Source of the DNA: a virus
Direction: 5' to 3' (one strand)
Length of the DNA: 64,000 nucleotides
Virus record (IMG/VR): IMGVR_UViG_3300037296_000055
Location: 18,505-82,504 of that record
Shown here one piece after another: positions 46,633 through 55,662 of this stretch. Position 1 is the first letter of the stretch, and each line of letters opens with the position of its first letter. The notes beneath the pieces are model-generated. The model did not search any database, was not told the origin of the DNA, and worked only from the letters and a program-made list of their open reading frames with translations. A program made the position numbers and the translations under genes.

Positions 46633-46744
46633 CTTGTTTCTCCTCGTCAGCCTTGGCCGACTTGTTTTTGCTGTAGTTGTAGCCCGCATACCCTCCGAGG
46701 AGAGTTGCGAGGAGCCCCAGCAGGCCCACGATAGAGCTGATCAT
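46553..46744 (-). CDS. i-spanin (Rz-like)
   Basis: N-terminal TM, short coiled coil, C-terminal LRDGSF. Confidence 0.65.
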   Translation of the reverse strand: MISSIVGLLGLLATLLGGYAGYNYSKNKSAKADEEKQDEALKRDAAYRNDERPVSDKLRDGSF

Positions 46745-46986
46745 GCCATGTAACGTACGGCAGGCGCGACCACGATAGGGCGCTTCACCGAAGCACTCCC
46801 CACCTGGATGTTAGATCGCGCAGTGATCGTTGTGATGTAGTCGGCAGGAACGTAGTAGACACGCTCCACAGGGCCGTCTTCGTAGACGACCTTGTTATAG
46901 TAGACCCCCAATTCCTTGAGGGTTCCGTTTCCGGCGATGGACTTCAGGCTTACGCAAGCGTCCAGGAAAAGGTCTTGCTGTTTCAT
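46741..46986 (-). CDS. hypothetical protein
   Basis: 81 aa, coupled between nrdF and the i-spanin gene. Confidence 0.55.
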   Translation of the reverse strand: MKQQDLFLDACVSLKSIAGNGTLKELGVYYNKVVYEDGPVERVYYVPADYITTITARSNIQVGSASVKRPIVVAPAVRYMA

Positions 46987-46987
46987 G

Positions 46988-47938
46988 TTAGAACTCCCAA
47001 TCATCGTCCTTTGTTTCAGTCTTAGTACCCATTACGTAGGATGAGCCGGAGCCTGAGAAGAAATCGTGGTTCTCGGAGTCAGGCGCTAAAGAGGCAAGGA
47101 TTGCCGGATTGACCTTGGTCATCTCAGGAGGGAACAGAGGTTCGTAGCCAAGGTTGGCCAGAGCCTTGTTTGCGTTGTAGTGGAGGAATGTCTTGACCTC
47201 GGATGTCATCCCGATGTCGTCATACAGTTCTTCCGTATAGCGAGACTCAATCTCGTAGAGATCTCCCAGAAGGGTGTAGGTGAAAGCTTTTACGCTCTCT
47301 TGCTCTTCCGTAGTAAGAAGGAGCTTACGATACTTCTGGTGTTGGTAGCCGACGTAGTACCCGTGGATTGACTCGTCCCGGATGATCAGTCGGATCAGGT
47401 CAGCCGTGTTGGTCAGGAGACCTCGCGACGACCAGTACATAGGAAGAAAGAAGCCCGAGTAAAAGGAGAAGGACTCCAGGAACACAGACGCTGCCATTGA
47501 CTCCGCCCAGTTACCGTTCTGGTAGATGTCGTTGATACGTGCTGCTTTCTCCTGAAGCCAACGGTTCTTCCCAGCCCACTGAAAGACTTCGTTGATCTCG
47601 TCCGTCGAACACAGCGTTGAGAACACTGAGCTGTAGGACTTCGCATGCACCGACTCCATGAAGCCGATGTTCGTGTAGATCGCCTGAGCGTGGGGAGTAC
47701 TCGGACAGCCCAGCAGCATCTGCAGACCGCCGGTGGCCTGGAGAGTGTCCAGTGCCGTGAGACCTGCGAAGGCCCTGATAGTTGCTTTCTTCTGTACGGG
47801 AGTCATCCGTTCCCAGGATTGCTGGTCAGCAGCGAGTGGGACTTTCTCAGGAAGCCAGAAGTTAGAGGTTAGACGGTTCCAGACTTCAAGATCTTTAGAG
47901 TCCTGAATTTGGTTCCAGTTGATTGGTTGTAGCGTCAT
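46988..47938 (-). CDS. nrdF: ribonucleotide reductase class Ib beta subunit
   Basis: NFWLPEKVPL, LDT, MESVHAKSYS, LESFSFYSGF, RDESIHG, ENHDFFSGSGSSY. Confidence 0.96.
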   Translation of the reverse strand: MTLQPINWNQIQDSKDLEVWNRLTSNFWLPEKVPLAADQQSWERMTPVQKKATIRAFAGLTALDTLQATGGLQMLLGCPSTPHAQAIYTNIGFMESVHAKSYSSVFSTLCSTDEINEVFQWAGKNRWLQEKAARINDIYQNGNWAESMAASVFLESFSFYSGFFLPMYWSSRGLLTNTADLIRLIIRDESIHGYYVGYQHQKYRKLLLTTEEQESVKAFTYTLLGDLYEIESRYTEELYDDIGMTSEVKTFLHYNANKALANLGYEPLFPPEMTKVNPAILASLAPDSENHDFFSGSGSSYVMGTKTETKDDDWEF

Positions 47939-48095
47939 GCCAGGGACAATCCTTGTTTACAGTTGACTGAACGTCATTGAATAGTGGCTTCATCATTGCA
48001 GCGCAGCTATGATGTTCCTTGTAGTGATCGTGATACGGACAGGCCGCACAGCGATGGACCCTATGGGTCAGTAGCCCCCGTTCTACGCGAACCAT
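47895..48095 (-). CDS. small Cys/His-rich hypothetical protein
   Basis: CAAC..HHSC..CPW; fills the gap between the GATase and nrdF genes. Confidence 0.4.
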   Translation of the reverse strand: MVRVERGLLTHRVHRCAACPYHDHYKEHHSCAAMMKPLFNDVQSTVNKDCPWHDATTNQLEPNSGL

Positions 48096-48688
48096 TCGTC
48101 GATCATGCGGAAGTACAGCCGACGGGTCGGAGCCTCCTGCGTGACGAATTCGGGGTGCGGTTGGAAGCAGAGGAATTGTTCCTCAGCGTAGAAGATTGCT
48201 TCCGGGTCTTGTTGTGGCTCATTCTCGACCACACCAACATTCTCGCGCCGGGTGGACAAGCCGTCAGCGAAGGCCAACAGGTCAGCCCCCTCCGACGCAG
48301 GGATCATCATCTGGTGGTGAACCGAGTTGACCCGGTGTACCGAGCCGTCAGGAACATACGTGATGTCGTGGTACCCACGGTGCCCTGAGATGTCCTGCCA
48401 CATGGAGCCGCCCGCAATGATGTTCAGGAGCTGGCCACCACGACATACCCCCAGGAACTTCTTCTTCCGGCGGAAGGCTTTGATCAGGGCCAACTCACGT
48501 GCATCACGCTCGTCAGTCCAGTAGGACGTTGGGTGAGGCTCCAGACCGTAGAGCTTAGGGTTGAGGTCGGAACCCCCTGTCAGCTGGATGTAGTCAGCTT
48601 CCTCCGGACCCCCCACAACAGTCCAGCCCTCCTCCGTGAACATCTCCGGATAGGTAGGACCCGCTGACGCGATGTAAACTGTCTTCAT
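48083..48688 (-). CDS. class I glutamine amidotransferase / peptidase C26 (gamma-glutamyl hydrolase-like)
   Basis: LTGGSDL.P..YG, RD..E, GVCRGGQLLN, VNSVHHQ, FQPHPE. Confidence 0.9.
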   Translation of the reverse strand: MKTVYIASAGPTYPEMFTEEGWTVVGGPEEADYIQLTGGSDLNPKLYGLEPHPTSYWTDERDARELALIKAFRRKKKFLGVCRGGQLLNIIAGGSMWQDISGHRGYHDITYVPDGSVHRVNSVHHQMMIPASEGADLLAFADGLSTRRENVGVVENEPQQDPEAIFYAEEQFLCFQPHPEFVTQEAPTRRLYFRMIDEWFA

Positions 48689-49160
48689 AAATCACCTGTT
48701 TGCTTTGGATGTTTGCGGCTTGCATAAGCTTGGATGAACGTGTCCAACGCTTTCCATAGTGCGCAAACTGGTCCTTCGGGGGCTGAACGTGTACGATACG
48801 CTTCACCCTTGCCTGGATCAGTCGAGCAGTGCACTTGGCGCAGGGGAACCGGGTGATGTACACCGTTGCCCCCTCCACCGAAGTGTTAGCATTCAGCATG
48901 GCGTTCTCTTCCGCGTGGATGACCACATCGTCTTTGAACGACTTGTCGAGGTATAGTTTGGGATCATCAGGGATGCCCCGAGGGAACCCGTTGTAGCCCA
49001 GACTCAGGACTTGGTTCCGATCATTAGTGATCACACAGCCCACCTTACGATGAGGGTCCTTGGACCACTGTGCGACCATAGAGGCCATGGCCAGGAACCG
49101 AAGCTCCCAGCCTGTTGCCACGCCTACACTACGCTGCCGCGTTGTCGACTTCATCAGCAT
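48594..49160 (-). CDS. dCMP deaminase
   Basis: SKDP..KVGCVI, GYNGFPRG, HAEENA, PCAKC. Confidence 0.92.
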   Translation of the reverse strand: MLMKSTTRQRSVGVATGWELRFLAMASMVAQWSKDPHRKVGCVITNDRNQVLSLGYNGFPRGIPDDPKLYLDKSFKDDVVIHAEENAMLNANTSVEGATVYITRFPCAKCTARLIQARVKRIVHVQPPKDQFAHYGKRWTRSSKLMQAANIQSKQVIYEDSLHRVSGSYLSGDVHGGGLDCCGGSGGS

Positions 49161-49827
49161 CTCTTTCTGGATAAGTACGGACCAGCAGGTTCAGGAGCGA
49201 ACCAGTACGGGAGCTCACGACCGCCCCGATCCACTGGAAGCCCAGCGCCTTCACAGCCGCACCCGACTGGTGGTACTGGTGACCGGCAAGCACAATCTCT
49301 TGCATCTCGCCCTCAGCAATCTCCAGTTCCGCCAGAGGGCGGCTGGACCGACGAGCCTGCCGACCGAACGCTTGTTCGACAGTCATGCCCACGCGCTCCG
49401 CATGCACACGCATACGCTCCTGGTTGGCCGCATCGCTCGCTCGCTGTTGCACCATGGCACGCTCAGAAACCCAGCCAATGCCGAAGACCGACATGTTCTC
49501 GTGGCCGGAGTAGGTTAGAGTCCGAGGGCCCATGTTGGTGACGTAGTCCGGCTCCCGGTATGCGGAGATGTCGGGTTCAGCGTGTGAGGGGCTGAGCAGG
49601 AACAGAGTGCCCCCTTGGTGGTTGGGGTACCAGATGGACTTGAAGCCCGGTTCCGTATTGCGCGGTTCGAAGTAGGCCGGGTCATAACGATCCCCGACGT
49701 TGGTGAAGCGACGGATGCGGCCCGACCCTGCGTTGCGATACCGGTAAGGGTACTTCAGCGCGTTCTGGTTGAAGGGCTCAGCACCCTGTTGGTAGCCACA
49801 GCAATAACCGTCATGGTGAGTATACAT
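49129..49827 (-). CDS. H-x-G-x-CCG family protein, copy 4
   Basis: HDGYCCGY ... EIVLAGHQY..LGF..SSRTG.LLNL. Confidence 0.75.
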   Translation of the reverse strand: MYTHHDGYCCGYQQGAEPFNQNALKYPYRYRNAGSGRIRRFTNVGDRYDPAYFEPRNTEPGFKSIWYPNHQGGTLFLLSPSHAEPDISAYREPDYVTNMGPRTLTYSGHENMSVFGIGWVSERAMVQQRASDAANQERMRVHAERVGMTVEQAFGRQARRSSRPLAELEIAEGEMQEIVLAGHQYHQSGAAVKALGFQWIGAVVSSRTGSLLNLLVRTYPERDADEVDNAAA

Positions 49828-49841
49828 AGTATGTCCTTTAT

Positions 49842-50471
49842 TCAGTGGTTCTTGAGGAAGAGGAATAGTGTATTACCGGTCGACGCTGACACGGCAGTAC
49901 TTGCAAGAGACCAGCCAAGCTGGAACATAGTTGCACCGTAGTCATAGACTTGGTGCGATGATAGAACGACCTCAAGTACCTGGTCAGGGGGAAGGAGGTT
50001 GGCCTCAATGAGAGGCCCTTGCGTATAGTCTCCATCAACGTCGTCCTCGCGAACGATGCCATGGAAGCAGATGCCGCTGAACTCCTCGTAGTAGAGCTTC
50101 GGAGTCGGGTGAGCAAGGATATCCTTCTGATACCCCGCCAACCGCTCACCATGCTTAGCCAGCGAGTCCACTTTCGTGTACCAGAGCTGACCACCGTACT
50201 TCGGCGAATAGAGGTTCCAGTATCCCTTAGAAGCCAGGATGGGCTGAAACGCTGCGGCCATCTCAGGAGTGACGTCCTGGATCCGCTGGAGCCACTGGCC
50301 CCCTTCATAACCATCACCGTCCCAGGCGTTGTTGCGCTCGTTACGGCCAAGGGTCAGGACCCGTTTCAGGTCATGGTTGTCCACGACTTTCCACCACTGC
50401 ATGTAACCGCAGCAGTCTCCGTCATGCCCTTTGTAATGGTTGGGCTCTTTACCCTTCACGTACTTCGGCAT
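49842..50471 (-). CDS. H-x-G-x-CCG family protein, copy 3
   Basis: HDGDCCGY ... GGQLWY ... EVVLSSHQ..LGW..SASTGNTLFL. Confidence 0.75.
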   Translation of the reverse strand: MPKYVKGKEPNHYKGHDGDCCGYMQWWKVVDNHDLKRVLTLGRNERNNAWDGDGYEGGQWLQRIQDVTPEMAAAFQPILASKGYWNLYSPKYGGQLWYTKVDSLAKHGERLAGYQKDILAHPTPKLYYEEFSGICFHGIVREDDVDGDYTQGPLIEANLLPPDQVLEVVLSSHQVYDYGATMFQLGWSLASTAVSASTGNTLFLFLKNH

Positions 50472-51069
50472 TGGGACCAATCCCCAGAGTCCAGAGTGCA
50501 AGGTGCTGAGAGCTGGTCCGTGATCGGACGGTGGTCTGGTGTGTCCAGCCCAGCTTCGCCATGGCAGCTCCCATCGTGTATTGTTGGGCGTTGTTCAGGA
50601 TAATCTCCTTCACTTTACCCGCCGGAAGCTGGAACCTACTCAGGCTTCGGGTCCCACCCCGCATGATGCCCTGAAGCGCCAGGCCATTTTCCTCGGAGTA
50701 GGTGAGCTGCTCCGGGCTTCTGATCACCAGCTCCTTGAAGTGACCGGAGTCCTGTACAGCCTCGTCGAAACTGTCGTGGAAGGTTTTCCGACCGAACATG
50801 CTACGACGCTTACGATGGAACCAGATCTGGCCACCGCTCAGCTCCGTATGCAGAGTCCAGAACCGACGCCGGCTCAGTTCTTCCAGCAGCTCGGGGATGT
50901 CCTTCCGGGAGTTGATCGCTGGCATCCGGAACAGGAAGGAGCCCTGGTGCGTGTTGTTGCAAGCGCTTTCGAGGTACGACCAGTCGTGGCTTCCAAGTTG
51001 GAGCACCGAGTTCTGCAACTGCCAGAAGCCACAGCAGCCCCCGTCATGGATCATGCGACGAATGCTCAT
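50449..51069 (-). CDS. H-x-G-x-CCG family protein, copy 2
   Basis: HDGGCCGF ... GGQIWF ... EIILNNAQ..LGW..LALWTLG. Confidence 0.75.
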   Translation of the reverse strand: MSIRRMIHDGGCCGFWQLQNSVLQLGSHDWSYLESACNNTHQGSFLFRMPAINSRKDIPELLEELSRRRFWTLHTELSGGQIWFHRKRRSMFGRKTFHDSFDEAVQDSGHFKELVIRSPEQLTYSEENGLALQGIMRGGTRSLSRFQLPAGKVKEIILNNAQQYTMGAAMAKLGWTHQTTVRSRTSSQHLALWTLGIGPNAEVREG

Positions 51070-51665
51070 TCCTCCACCCCCAAAGTCCAGAGGGTAATGA
51101 ACCGGTTAGAGCTTGGCGACCGGGTAGTGACCTGGTGTTTCCAACCCAGCTCGGTCAGGGGCTTGGCCAGCTTGAGGTACTGACGTTGGTTCAGCACGAT
51201 CTCCCGCACCCCGTCCTTCGGAACCTCGAAGTTGGTCAGCTGCCGTGAGGACGGAGTACCGTACACCTGGTCGTGGATACCCGACAGGCTGATACCACGC
51301 TCAAGCATGAAGCACGGTTGGGCGGCCGGTTTACACTCATCAGGCGAAGCATTCCGCTCAAATTGGTCCAGGCCTGCTTGAGGGGTGTTACCCTTAGGCT
51401 CCAGGCGGATCTTGGCGAACCAGATGAAGCCCCCCTGCTTGGTGGTGGCCTTTGCCCAGTACCCCTCCGCCTTCAAACGGGGCAGGAGGTCGTCAACGTT
51501 TGTCCGCTGGTTCACGTTGTTCAGGCGGGCCAGATAGCTGGTGTGGAGGTAGGTACGGAAGAACCCGTCCAGCTGGCTCCAGTCAGCATCCCGTGTGAGG
51601 GAGCCGCTGAAGGGGAGGAAGCCGCAGCACCCCCCTTCGTGTGGTTTGAGGACTAGATTACTCAT
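51066..51665 (-). CDS. H-x-G-x-CCG family protein, copy 1
   Basis: HEGGCCGF ... GGFIWF ... EIVLNQRQY..LGW..ITLWTLG. Confidence 0.75.
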   Translation of the reverse strand: MSNLVLKPHEGGCCGFLPFSGSLTRDADWSQLDGFFRTYLHTSYLARLNNVNQRTNVDDLLPRLKAEGYWAKATTKQGGFIWFAKIRLEPKGNTPQAGLDQFERNASPDECKPAAQPCFMLERGISLSGIHDQVYGTPSSRQLTNFEVPKDGVREIVLNQRQYLKLAKPLTELGWKHQVTTRSPSSNRFITLWTLGVEE

Positions 51666-51739
51666 GGTGAGTCTCCATATGGTGGTTTCGGTTTGTTAGG
51701 TCGAAGAGTGGCATGGAGGGGCCACTGACATAAGTAGTA

Positions 51740-52018
51740 TCAGACTTGCACGAAGCCCTGATCAAGGAGGCTCTTCAGAACCCCCCGGCAGTAGTTGCTG
51801 TGGACCTCGTTACGGCGGTCCGGCAGCAGGTTATAGGTGGAGCCGCTCAGGGTCTTGACCTGTAGCGAGTCCGGCCCGGTGAACCCTTGCAGCGTTGTGG
51901 AGAACCGGTAGCTCTCGTCAGGCCAGCTGCTGAACAGGTGAAGGTCCTTGGTCACGGGGTTTTCGAGGATGACCCATCCGGCGGGCGTGAGGCCTACTTC
52001 GGGAGCAACACTAAACAT
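51740..52018 (-). CDS. hypothetical phage protein
   Basis: GWVIL..LFSSW....RFS...TLSGSTY; TAAGGA RBS. Confidence 0.7.
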   Translation of the reverse strand: MFSVAPEVGLTPAGWVILENPVTKDLHLFSSWPDESYRFSTTLQGFTGPDSLQVKTLSGSTYNLLPDRRNEVHSNYCRGVLKSLLDQGFVQV

Positions 52019-52035
52019 GTTATTGTTTCCTTAGG

Positions 52036-54153
52036 TTAGAGAGTACAGCTTACGCAGCCTTCCGTCTCGACCCCGTCAAGGATCTGTTGACGCAGACGTA
52101 CGTAGTAGATAGTCTTGAGCCCTGCTTTCCAAGCGTAGATCTGCGCTCGGTTCACGTCGCGGGTTGTTGCTGAGTCCTTGAAGAACAGGGTACAGCTCAG
52201 GCCTTGGTCAACGTGTTCTGTTGCGGCAGCGTACACTCGGATCAGAGCCTCAGGGCCGATCTCGTAAGCATCCTTGTAGAACTCCTGGTTCTCGTTGGTC
52301 AGGTAAGGTGCAGGGTAGTAGATACGACCCAGCCGTCCTTCTTTACGGACTTCGACCTTGGCAACAATAGGATGGATGCTGGAAGTGGAGTTGTTGATGT
52401 AGCTGATCGAGCCTGTCGGTGGAACGGCCTGAAGGTTCTGATTGAACAGACCGTGCTTCATGACCTTAGACTTTAGGTCTTTCCACTCCTCGACTGTTGG
52501 TAGCCCGATACCGAACTTGGAGAAGAGTTCTTGAACCGTTGGAGTTGTCGGTGTCCACTTTCGTTCAGTGTACTTGTTGAAGAACTCACCGGTGGCATAG
52601 GTGCTTCGCTCGAAACCGTCAAACGTCGCGTTACGTTCGCGAGCAAGCCCGCAACTCGCAGCAAGAGCATGGTAAGTAATCGCTGCGAAGTAAGCCGAAG
52701 TAAAGTCCACGGCCTCGGGAGAGTCATAGTGAATTCCTTCTCGTGCAAGGAACCCGTGAAGGTTCATTTGACCCAGGCCAATGGCCCGAGACTTATCGTT
52801 ACCGTTCTCGATGCTAGGTACTGCCCCGATGTGGGACATCTCAGACACGGCTGTCAGAGCTCGGATGGACACGCTCACCGTCTCGCCCAGATCACCATAG
52901 TCCATCGCCTTCGCAATGTTCAGGGAACCCAGGTTACAACTGATGTCCTTACCGACCTCGAGGTAGTTGGCCGCCGCATCGTACGTGGAAGCCTGAGACA
53001 CTTGGAGGATCTCAGAACAAAGGTTAGACATTGAGATACGACCGTCAATCGGGTTGGCCCGGTTCACAGTGTCCTCGAACATGATGTAGGGGTAGCCGGA
53101 CTCAAACTGGAGCTCAGCAAGAGTCTGGAAGAGCTTACGAGCATTCACCTTGGTCTTGGTGATCGACTCGTCCTCAACCATCTCCCAATACTTCTCAGTG
53201 ACGGAGATCTCTGACATGGCCACACCGTACACCCGCTCCACATCGTAGGGCGAGAACAGGTACATGTCCAGGTTGTCACGTGCCAGCTCGAACGCGATGT
53301 CAGGAACAACAACGCCCAGGCTCAGAGTCTTGATCCGTACTTTCTCATCAGCATTCTCCCTCTTGGTATCAAGGAAGCGCAGGATGTCAGGGTGGTTCAT
53401 GTGCAGGTAGACCGCTCCGGCCCCCTGTCGTTGACCCAACTGGTTAGCGTAGGAGAACGCATCCTCCAACATCTTCATCACGGGAAACACCCCCGATGCG
53501 GCCTTCTGTACCTTCTTGATAGGGGCGTTGAACTCCCGAAGGTTTGTCAGACACAGGCCCACACCACCGCCACGCTTGGACAGTTGCAGGGACGAGGTCA
53601 CAGCACGACTGATAGACTCCATGTTGTCCTCAACACGAAGTAGGAAGCAAGAAACCAGCTCACCCCGTTGCATACGCCCTGCATTCAGGAACGTTGGAGT
53701 GGCCGGTTGAAAGGTACCGAGCATGATCTGGTCCACCACAGAGCAAGCAAGCTCCATGTTTCCCTGGCCCAACATCAAGCCCACAGCAACCACACGGTCC
53801 TCAAAACGTTCAAGGAAACGTTCTCCGTCGAAGGTTTTCAGGGTGTAGCTGTTGTAATATTTGTAGGCTCCGAGAAAGGACTCGAAGCGGAACTTGTGAG
53901 CATACGCTTGCTTATACAGGTCTTTAATCTGGTCAGGCGGATACTGGTCAAATACCGAGGGGTCATAGTATCCCTCAGCGATCAGATACTCCAGCTTCTC
54001 CTCGATCGAGTGGAAGAAGACGGTGTTCTGGTTTACGAAGTCCAGGAAGTAGCGACGGGTGGCATCGTGGTCAGCGTCGAGCTGCATCTTACCATCAGCG
54101 TCGTAGAGGTTCAGGAGCGCATTCAGCGCGTGGTAGTCAAGTTGTTCAGTCAA
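52036..54153 (-). CDS. nrdE: ribonucleotide reductase class Ib alpha subunit
   Basis: [45 protein letters not shown]-terminal CVSCTL. Confidence 0.97.
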   Translation of the reverse strand: MTEQLDYHALNALLNLYDADGKMQLDADHDATRRYFLDFVNQNTVFFHSIEEKLEYLIAEGYYDPSVFDQYPPDQIKDLYKQAYAHKFRFESFLGAYKYYNSYTLKTFDGERFLERFEDRVVAVGLMLGQGNMELACSVVDQIMLGTFQPATPTFLNAGRMQRGELVSCFLLRVEDNMESISRAVTSSLQLSKRGGGVGLCLTNLREFNAPIKKVQKAASGVFPVMKMLEDAFSYANQLGQRQGAGAVYLHMNHPDILRFLDTKRENADEKVRIKTLSLGVVVPDIAFELARDNLDMYLFSPYDVERVYGVAMSEISVTEKYWEMVEDESITKTKVNARKLFQTLAELQFESGYPYIMFEDTVNRANPIDGRISMSNLCSEILQVSQASTYDAAANYLEVGKDISCNLGSLNIAKAMDYGDLGETVSVSIRALTAVSEMSHIGAVPSIENGNDKSRAIGLGQMNLHGFLAREGIHYDSPEAVDFTSAYFAAITYHALAASCGLARERNATFDGFERSTYATGEFFNKYTERKWTPTTPTVQELFSKFGIGLPTVEEWKDLKSKVMKHGLFNQNLQAVPPTGSISYINNSTSSIHPIVAKVEVRKEGRLGRIYYPAPYLTNENQEFYKDAYEIGPEALIRVYAAATEHVDQGLSCTLFFKDSATTRDVNRAQIYAWKAGLKTIYYVRLRQQILDGVETEGCVSCTL

Positions 54154-54526
54154 GGGCTTCTATTCTTTCTCTGGTTTTAGTGACGTCGTCGTCGTTACCG
54201 TCCAGCTCCACACAGTGTAGTAGTGGAACGTTACACTTCCGAGCGACCATCTTTGCACCCAGGCAAAAGGTCTCTCCAAAGTTACGATTACCGGTGCCGA
54301 TAACACCGACGATGTCTTCATGATTAGTATTGATGAAGGCTCTTACAGCGCGGGGCAGAGCTCCACGTCCTTCACCATCTGCATAGGTAGGGCATACAAG
54401 AACAAAGGGCTCACCCTTGGTGTGCTCTGCGTGCCTCACGTCTAGTGCCGGGTACCCCAGCTTTTGTACAAACCTTGCGGTGTTTTGTGTTGCCGAAGAG
54501 AAGTAGTAGACTTTTTTCGTATCCAC
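54146..54526 (-). CDS. nrdI: NrdI flavodoxin
   Basis: [33 protein letters not shown]. Confidence 0.93.
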   Translation of the reverse strand: MDTKKVYYFSSATQNTARFVQKLGYPALDVRHAEHTKGEPFVLVCPTYADGEGRGALPRAVRAFINTNHEDIVGVIGTGNRNFGETFCLGAKMVARKCNVPLLHCVELDGNDDDVTKTRERIEALD

Positions 54527-54606
54527 AGGCACTTCCTTGTTATGGCGTAGTAGCCTAGCCCGATCCCCAGAAGGGACAGGGCCAGCGGAAATAGTTGTTG
54601 AAGCAT
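54442..54606 (-). CDS. micro membrane protein (54 aa, not in ORF track)
   Basis: MLQQLFPLALSLLGIGLGYY...; TAGATG junction; overlaps nrdI by 85 nt. Confidence 0.35.
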   Translation of the reverse strand: MLQQLFPLALSLLGIGLGYYAITRKCLWIRKKSTTSLRQHKTPQGLYKSWGTRH

Positions 54607-54714
54607 CTAGCCCCGGAGGCAACCTCTCAAGAAGTCAGAGAAGCTTGCAGCGAGCAAGACAAGAAAGGCGATTGCACAAACGACAAACGCCCCGAAGAGT
54701 ATGGTGGCCAACAT
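54607..54714 (-). CDS. micro membrane protein (35 aa, not in ORF track)
   Basis: MLATILFGAFVVCAIAFLVLLAASFSDFLRGCLRG; TGATG junction. Confidence 0.5.
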   Translation of the reverse strand: MLATILFGAFVVCAIAFLVLLAASFSDFLRGCLRG

Positions 54715-54806
54715 CAGTGGTCCCCCCAGTGTGTGAGTGCGAAGACAACGAGCGCTATGAAGCACAAGAGGACCCAGAAGAACGCTACGGTAGGGTCATT
54801 GGCCAT
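54714..54806 (-). CDS. micro membrane protein (30 aa, not in ORF track)
   Basis: MANDPTVAFFWVLLCFIALVVFALTHWGDH. Confidence 0.5.
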   Translation of the reverse strand: MANDPTVAFFWVLLCFIALVVFALTHWGDH

Positions 54807-54903
54807 AGTAGTCGTCATCATCATTCGTCCATTGGTGATAGAGTTCAGTGGCAAGCAGGAACACAATGAACACGATGCAGATCCAGCCAAAGATTTCGAT
54901 CAT
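54796..54903 (-). CDS. micro membrane protein (35 aa, not in ORF track)
   Basis: MIEIFGWICIVFIVFLLATELYHQWTNDDDDYYGQ; TGATG junction and GGAG RBS. Confidence 0.55.
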   Translation of the reverse strand: MIEIFGWICIVFIVFLLATELYHQWTNDDDDYYGQ

Positions 54904-55316
54904 CAGATCTGCTCCCAGAAGGCTGTGTGTTGAGCAGAAGGAAGCAACCGCTCCTGACCTCCCAGCATCATCAGCGTTGAGAAGTCCAGCATAGCGGTAC
55001 TGTACTCCCAGTACCAGTTGTCAACCCGGAGCTCTCCAAAGTTGTAGACCACGTTAGTCCCGACCTGACGATCACCCCGCATAACCGGAGTCATGAGCGT
55101 GAACTCAGGAATGGAAGAATGATCGTAGAAGTCTTCCGGCACCTCGTACACCAGCAGGGAGTAAGCATCACCCCCGACCGGATACGTAAGTGTGTTCAGG
55201 AACATGACCGTTCTGCCAGGAAGGATGACGAAGGCAGTCTCAGCCAGGGAAGACCAGTGAGTCCAGTCCTCCACATTCGCTATGTTAGTCCATACGTCGT
55301 CGTCTCGTAAGTGCAT
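54903..55316 (-). CDS. hypothetical protein
   Basis: 137 aa; AAGGA RBS. Confidence 0.7.
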   Translation of the reverse strand: MHLRDDDVWTNIANVEDWTHWSSLAETAFVILPGRTVMFLNTLTYPVGGDAYSLLVYEVPEDFYDHSSIPEFTLMTPVMRGDRQVGTNVVYNFGELRVDNWYWEYSTAMLDFSTLMMLGGQERLLPSAQHTAFWEQI

Positions 55317-55319
55317 TGG

Positions 55320-55550
55320 TTATCCTTTTCCAAGGACCTCAATCAGGTCCGGGCGAAAGCCTGACCAGGAAGTACCATCCTCCAGCTCAACCACAGGGGC
55401 AGAACGGAAGCCAAGGGACTGGACCCGGCTCATTGCTTCAGCATTCGTGGTCAGGTCAACGGACACGTAGTCCAGACCATGGCGAGTTAGTGCCGCCTTG
55501 GTAGCATCGCATTGCACACAAGAGGGCTTGATGTAGAGGGTGAGTGGCAT
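55320..55550 (-). CDS. nrdH: NrdH glutaredoxin-like protein
   Basis: CVQC active site, APVV, WSGFRPD. Confidence 0.95.
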   Translation of the reverse strand: MPLTLYIKPSCVQCDATKAALTRHGLDYVSVDLTTNAEAMSRVQSLGFRSAPVVELEDGTSWSGFRPDLIEVLGKG

Positions 55551-55662
55551 AGAAGTAGTCCTTAGAGTTGTAGTATGATGGAGGAAGAAGGATGAATGAC
55601 GTGGTTCCACCCTATAACCGGGGGGCGGGCAGGGGGGAGCATCGTCCTCCCTCTTCCTGCTT

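Noticed and set aside
46988-47938. Possible metal-free class Ie NrdF
   Set aside because: All carboxylate and His ligands are retained.
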